DNA of 64,000 nt, from the NCBI RefSeq assembly GCF_028641065.1, contig NC_073380.1, forward strand, positions 89,528,001-89,592,000, read 5' to 3'. The notes beneath the pieces are model-generated. The model was not told the origin of the DNA. It made no database searches and worked only from the letters and a program-made list of their open reading frames with translations. Below are positions 61,940-64,000 of the stretch, piece by piece. Source of the DNA: Leucoraja erinacea. Its lineage: Eukaryota. Each line of letters starts with the position of its first letter. The first letter of the stretch is position 1. The position numbers were made by a program, and so were the translations under genes.

Positions 61940-63112
61940 AGCGCCTTTCCTGCCGCATCCCACTTCTGATGGCTGCCCATACGTTTCTTGAACGTAAATT
62001 CCCTTTATGCCTACTGACATGGGAGGCCCATAAACTGTGCCTGTGGCTCGTTTGAAGCATTATGGGCTCAACCACCCATTGCTGTCCGCCGTCCCGCTCC
62101 ACATTCTTCCTCTATTTAGGTTTGACATTCACAACGTAAGTGCCTCTGGGGGCGTTCATATTTATGCCATGGTGGCATGCCATGGGCAATGATCTCGGCC
62201 GCTCCGTTCTTGAGCCGTCCAGAGCCCCCCATAGTCTTGAACCTGGGTTGGTATTTAAGGCCGCATGATTTCAAGAGAAATAAACCCGTCTCCCAAACTT
62301 TTGTACTCCGCTTAGTTTTTGGCTGGACTTCATCTGTACAATATAAAAGATATGGGAGAATACCATATATGCAAGTACTTTATATCCACAAAATTTCATA
62401 TTTCCTTCAATTGAAAAGGTATTTAAAGATTAATATAATATATCACCTTTTAAATTAAATTTAGGGTGCTAAGAAATCCAGTGGCAAAATAAAGAACTAA
62501 ATATCAACAAAACATTGGTTTGACTTCTAGATATCAAAGGCCAAGAAAGAACATCTTTCAGCGCCTCTACTTCCTGAGAAATTACGGAGAGTCGGTATGC
62601 TTATTGTAAACTACTACAGCGCACCTAGAGAGCATGCTGACCGTTTGCATCATGGCTTGGTTTCGGCAACTTGAGCGTCCAGGAGCGGAAAAGGCTGCAA
62701 AAAGTTGTAAACACTGCCCAGTCCATCATTGGCTCTGACCTCCCTGCCATTGAGGGGATCTATCGAAGTCGCTGCCTCAAAAAGGCTGCCCACACCATCC
62801 TGGCCACACACTCATCTCTCCACTGCCTTCAGGCAGAAGGTACAGGAGCCTGAAATCTGCAACATCCAGGTTCAGGATCAGCTACTTCCCCACAGCCATC
62901 AGAACTCAACTTCAAACAAACTCTGAACTATAAAAGCCTATTGCACTTTATGTGTGTATGTATATATTCTATGGTATATGGACACACTGTTCTGTATTTA
63001 TGCCTACAATATTCTGTTGTGCTGCAGCATGCAAGAATTTCATTGTCCTATCTGGGACACATGACAATAAAGTCTCTTGAACGCTCTTGAAATGAAGAGG
63101 CAAAAGAGGTTT
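61940..63112 (+). repeat. Second copy of about 60220-61742 (indel-ridden first half, near-identical second half)
   Basis: 62665-63112 is nearly identical to 61305-61742. 61940-62660 is a noisy copy of the Gypsy end, LTR and flank. Confidence 0.85.
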
Positions 63113-63599
63113 AATATGATAACAGAACTAAATTATACCAGCCAGGAATGATGAACAGGCTACACATCTCGAAAACCCGACGTAACGGTGAAATGTTTAC
63201 ATATTCCGTTAGAGATTTACCTCATGATTTCAAAAATCCTTTCATCTGTAAATTTGATTCATTATTTTCTTAGTTTTGTTTTTACTAAAATTGTTCACCA
63301 ATCTGACATCTTTTTAAAATCTAACGAGCTGGATGACGTCACAATGCCTTTGCTCCTCGCAGCAAGCTGCGCAGAATATTCAACGCGCTGGGGCACTGTT
63401 TTCCACGAGCTGCCTCGGCTCCTCACGGCCAGCTGCACACACAGCTTGCTGGGCACTGTTCCCCGCTGGAGGTCGTGTGCTCCGTTGATAAAGTTGGCAA
63501 TACATCAACTTGATGATTGGCTGCCTGCAAACTGTCAATATAGGCAGTCCCTGATTGTGTCAATACTCGCACTCGGCCGTCCATCCGCAGGGCAACGCC

Positions 63600-63990
63600 C
63601 CGCACCTTCCCCCTCCCCTTCCCTCTCCCTCCTCCTCTCTCCTCCCTTCCTCCTCCCTCACCACCCCCCTCTCCCTTTCCAGCCCTCTGCCCTCCCTCCA
63701 CCTCTCCCTCCACCTCCCCTCCCCTTCCACATCCCTTCTCCCCTTCTCACCTACTCTCCCCCACTCCCCCCTCTCCCTCCCCCCTCCCTTTGCCCCCCCC
63801 CTCCCCCCCTCACTCTCTCTCACCCCCCTCCCCCTCTCTGCTCTCCACCCCACCCCCTCTCCATCCCCCCTCCCCCCATTCACCTCCCTCCCACTCTGCA
63901 CCACTCCCCTCCCCCTCCACCTCCCCCCTCCCCCTATCACCCCCCCCCCTCACCTGTGTGTGTGTGTGTGTGGGTGGTCAGTGTGTGTGA
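63600..63990. repeat. C/T-rich low-complexity tract followed by (TG)n
   Basis: Direct reading. Confidence 0.9.
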
Positions 63991-64000
63991 CGCCACAGGC

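Noticed and set aside
63423-63990. Gly/Arg- and Pro-rich ORFs (also 28061-28427 and 24633-24992)
   Set aside because: Translations of low-complexity C/T tracts.
46595-64000. ATP9B exon 7 (NQRIPSDMVFLRTSEK-like)
   Set aside because: No matching sequence was found by eye; it probably lies beyond the window.

Overview
This is eukaryotic (vertebrate) intronic DNA, most likely from a cartilaginous fish (skate/ray-like); the taxon is inferred from the CR1, HE1-type V-SINE and Penelope repeat mix. The window lies inside the P4-ATPase gene ATP9B on the + strand. Five phase-consistent coding exons, equivalent to human exons 2-6, sit at 6656-6829, 34505-34655, 39695-39808, 43019-43127 and 46536-46594; exon 1 and exon 7 onward were not found. 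The introns contain: many CR1 and Rex1/Babar LINE fragments; a young Ty1/Copia element with near-identical LTRs, a half-tRNA PBS and an in-frame RT deletion; a DIRS1 tyrosine-recombinase element with intact ITR/ICR termini; a composite CsRn1-clade Gypsy element whose pol region is occupied by CR1 plus a different (Mag-like) pol; a Penelope-like element; many 130-220 bp Penelope-terminus mini-elements with minimal hammerhead-ribozyme cores and long TSDs; Helitron-like, Harbinger-like and ISL2EU-like non-autonomous DNA elements; two assembly gaps; and probable assembly-artefact duplications. All calls were read by eye with no database searches, so boundaries of decayed repeats are approximate.
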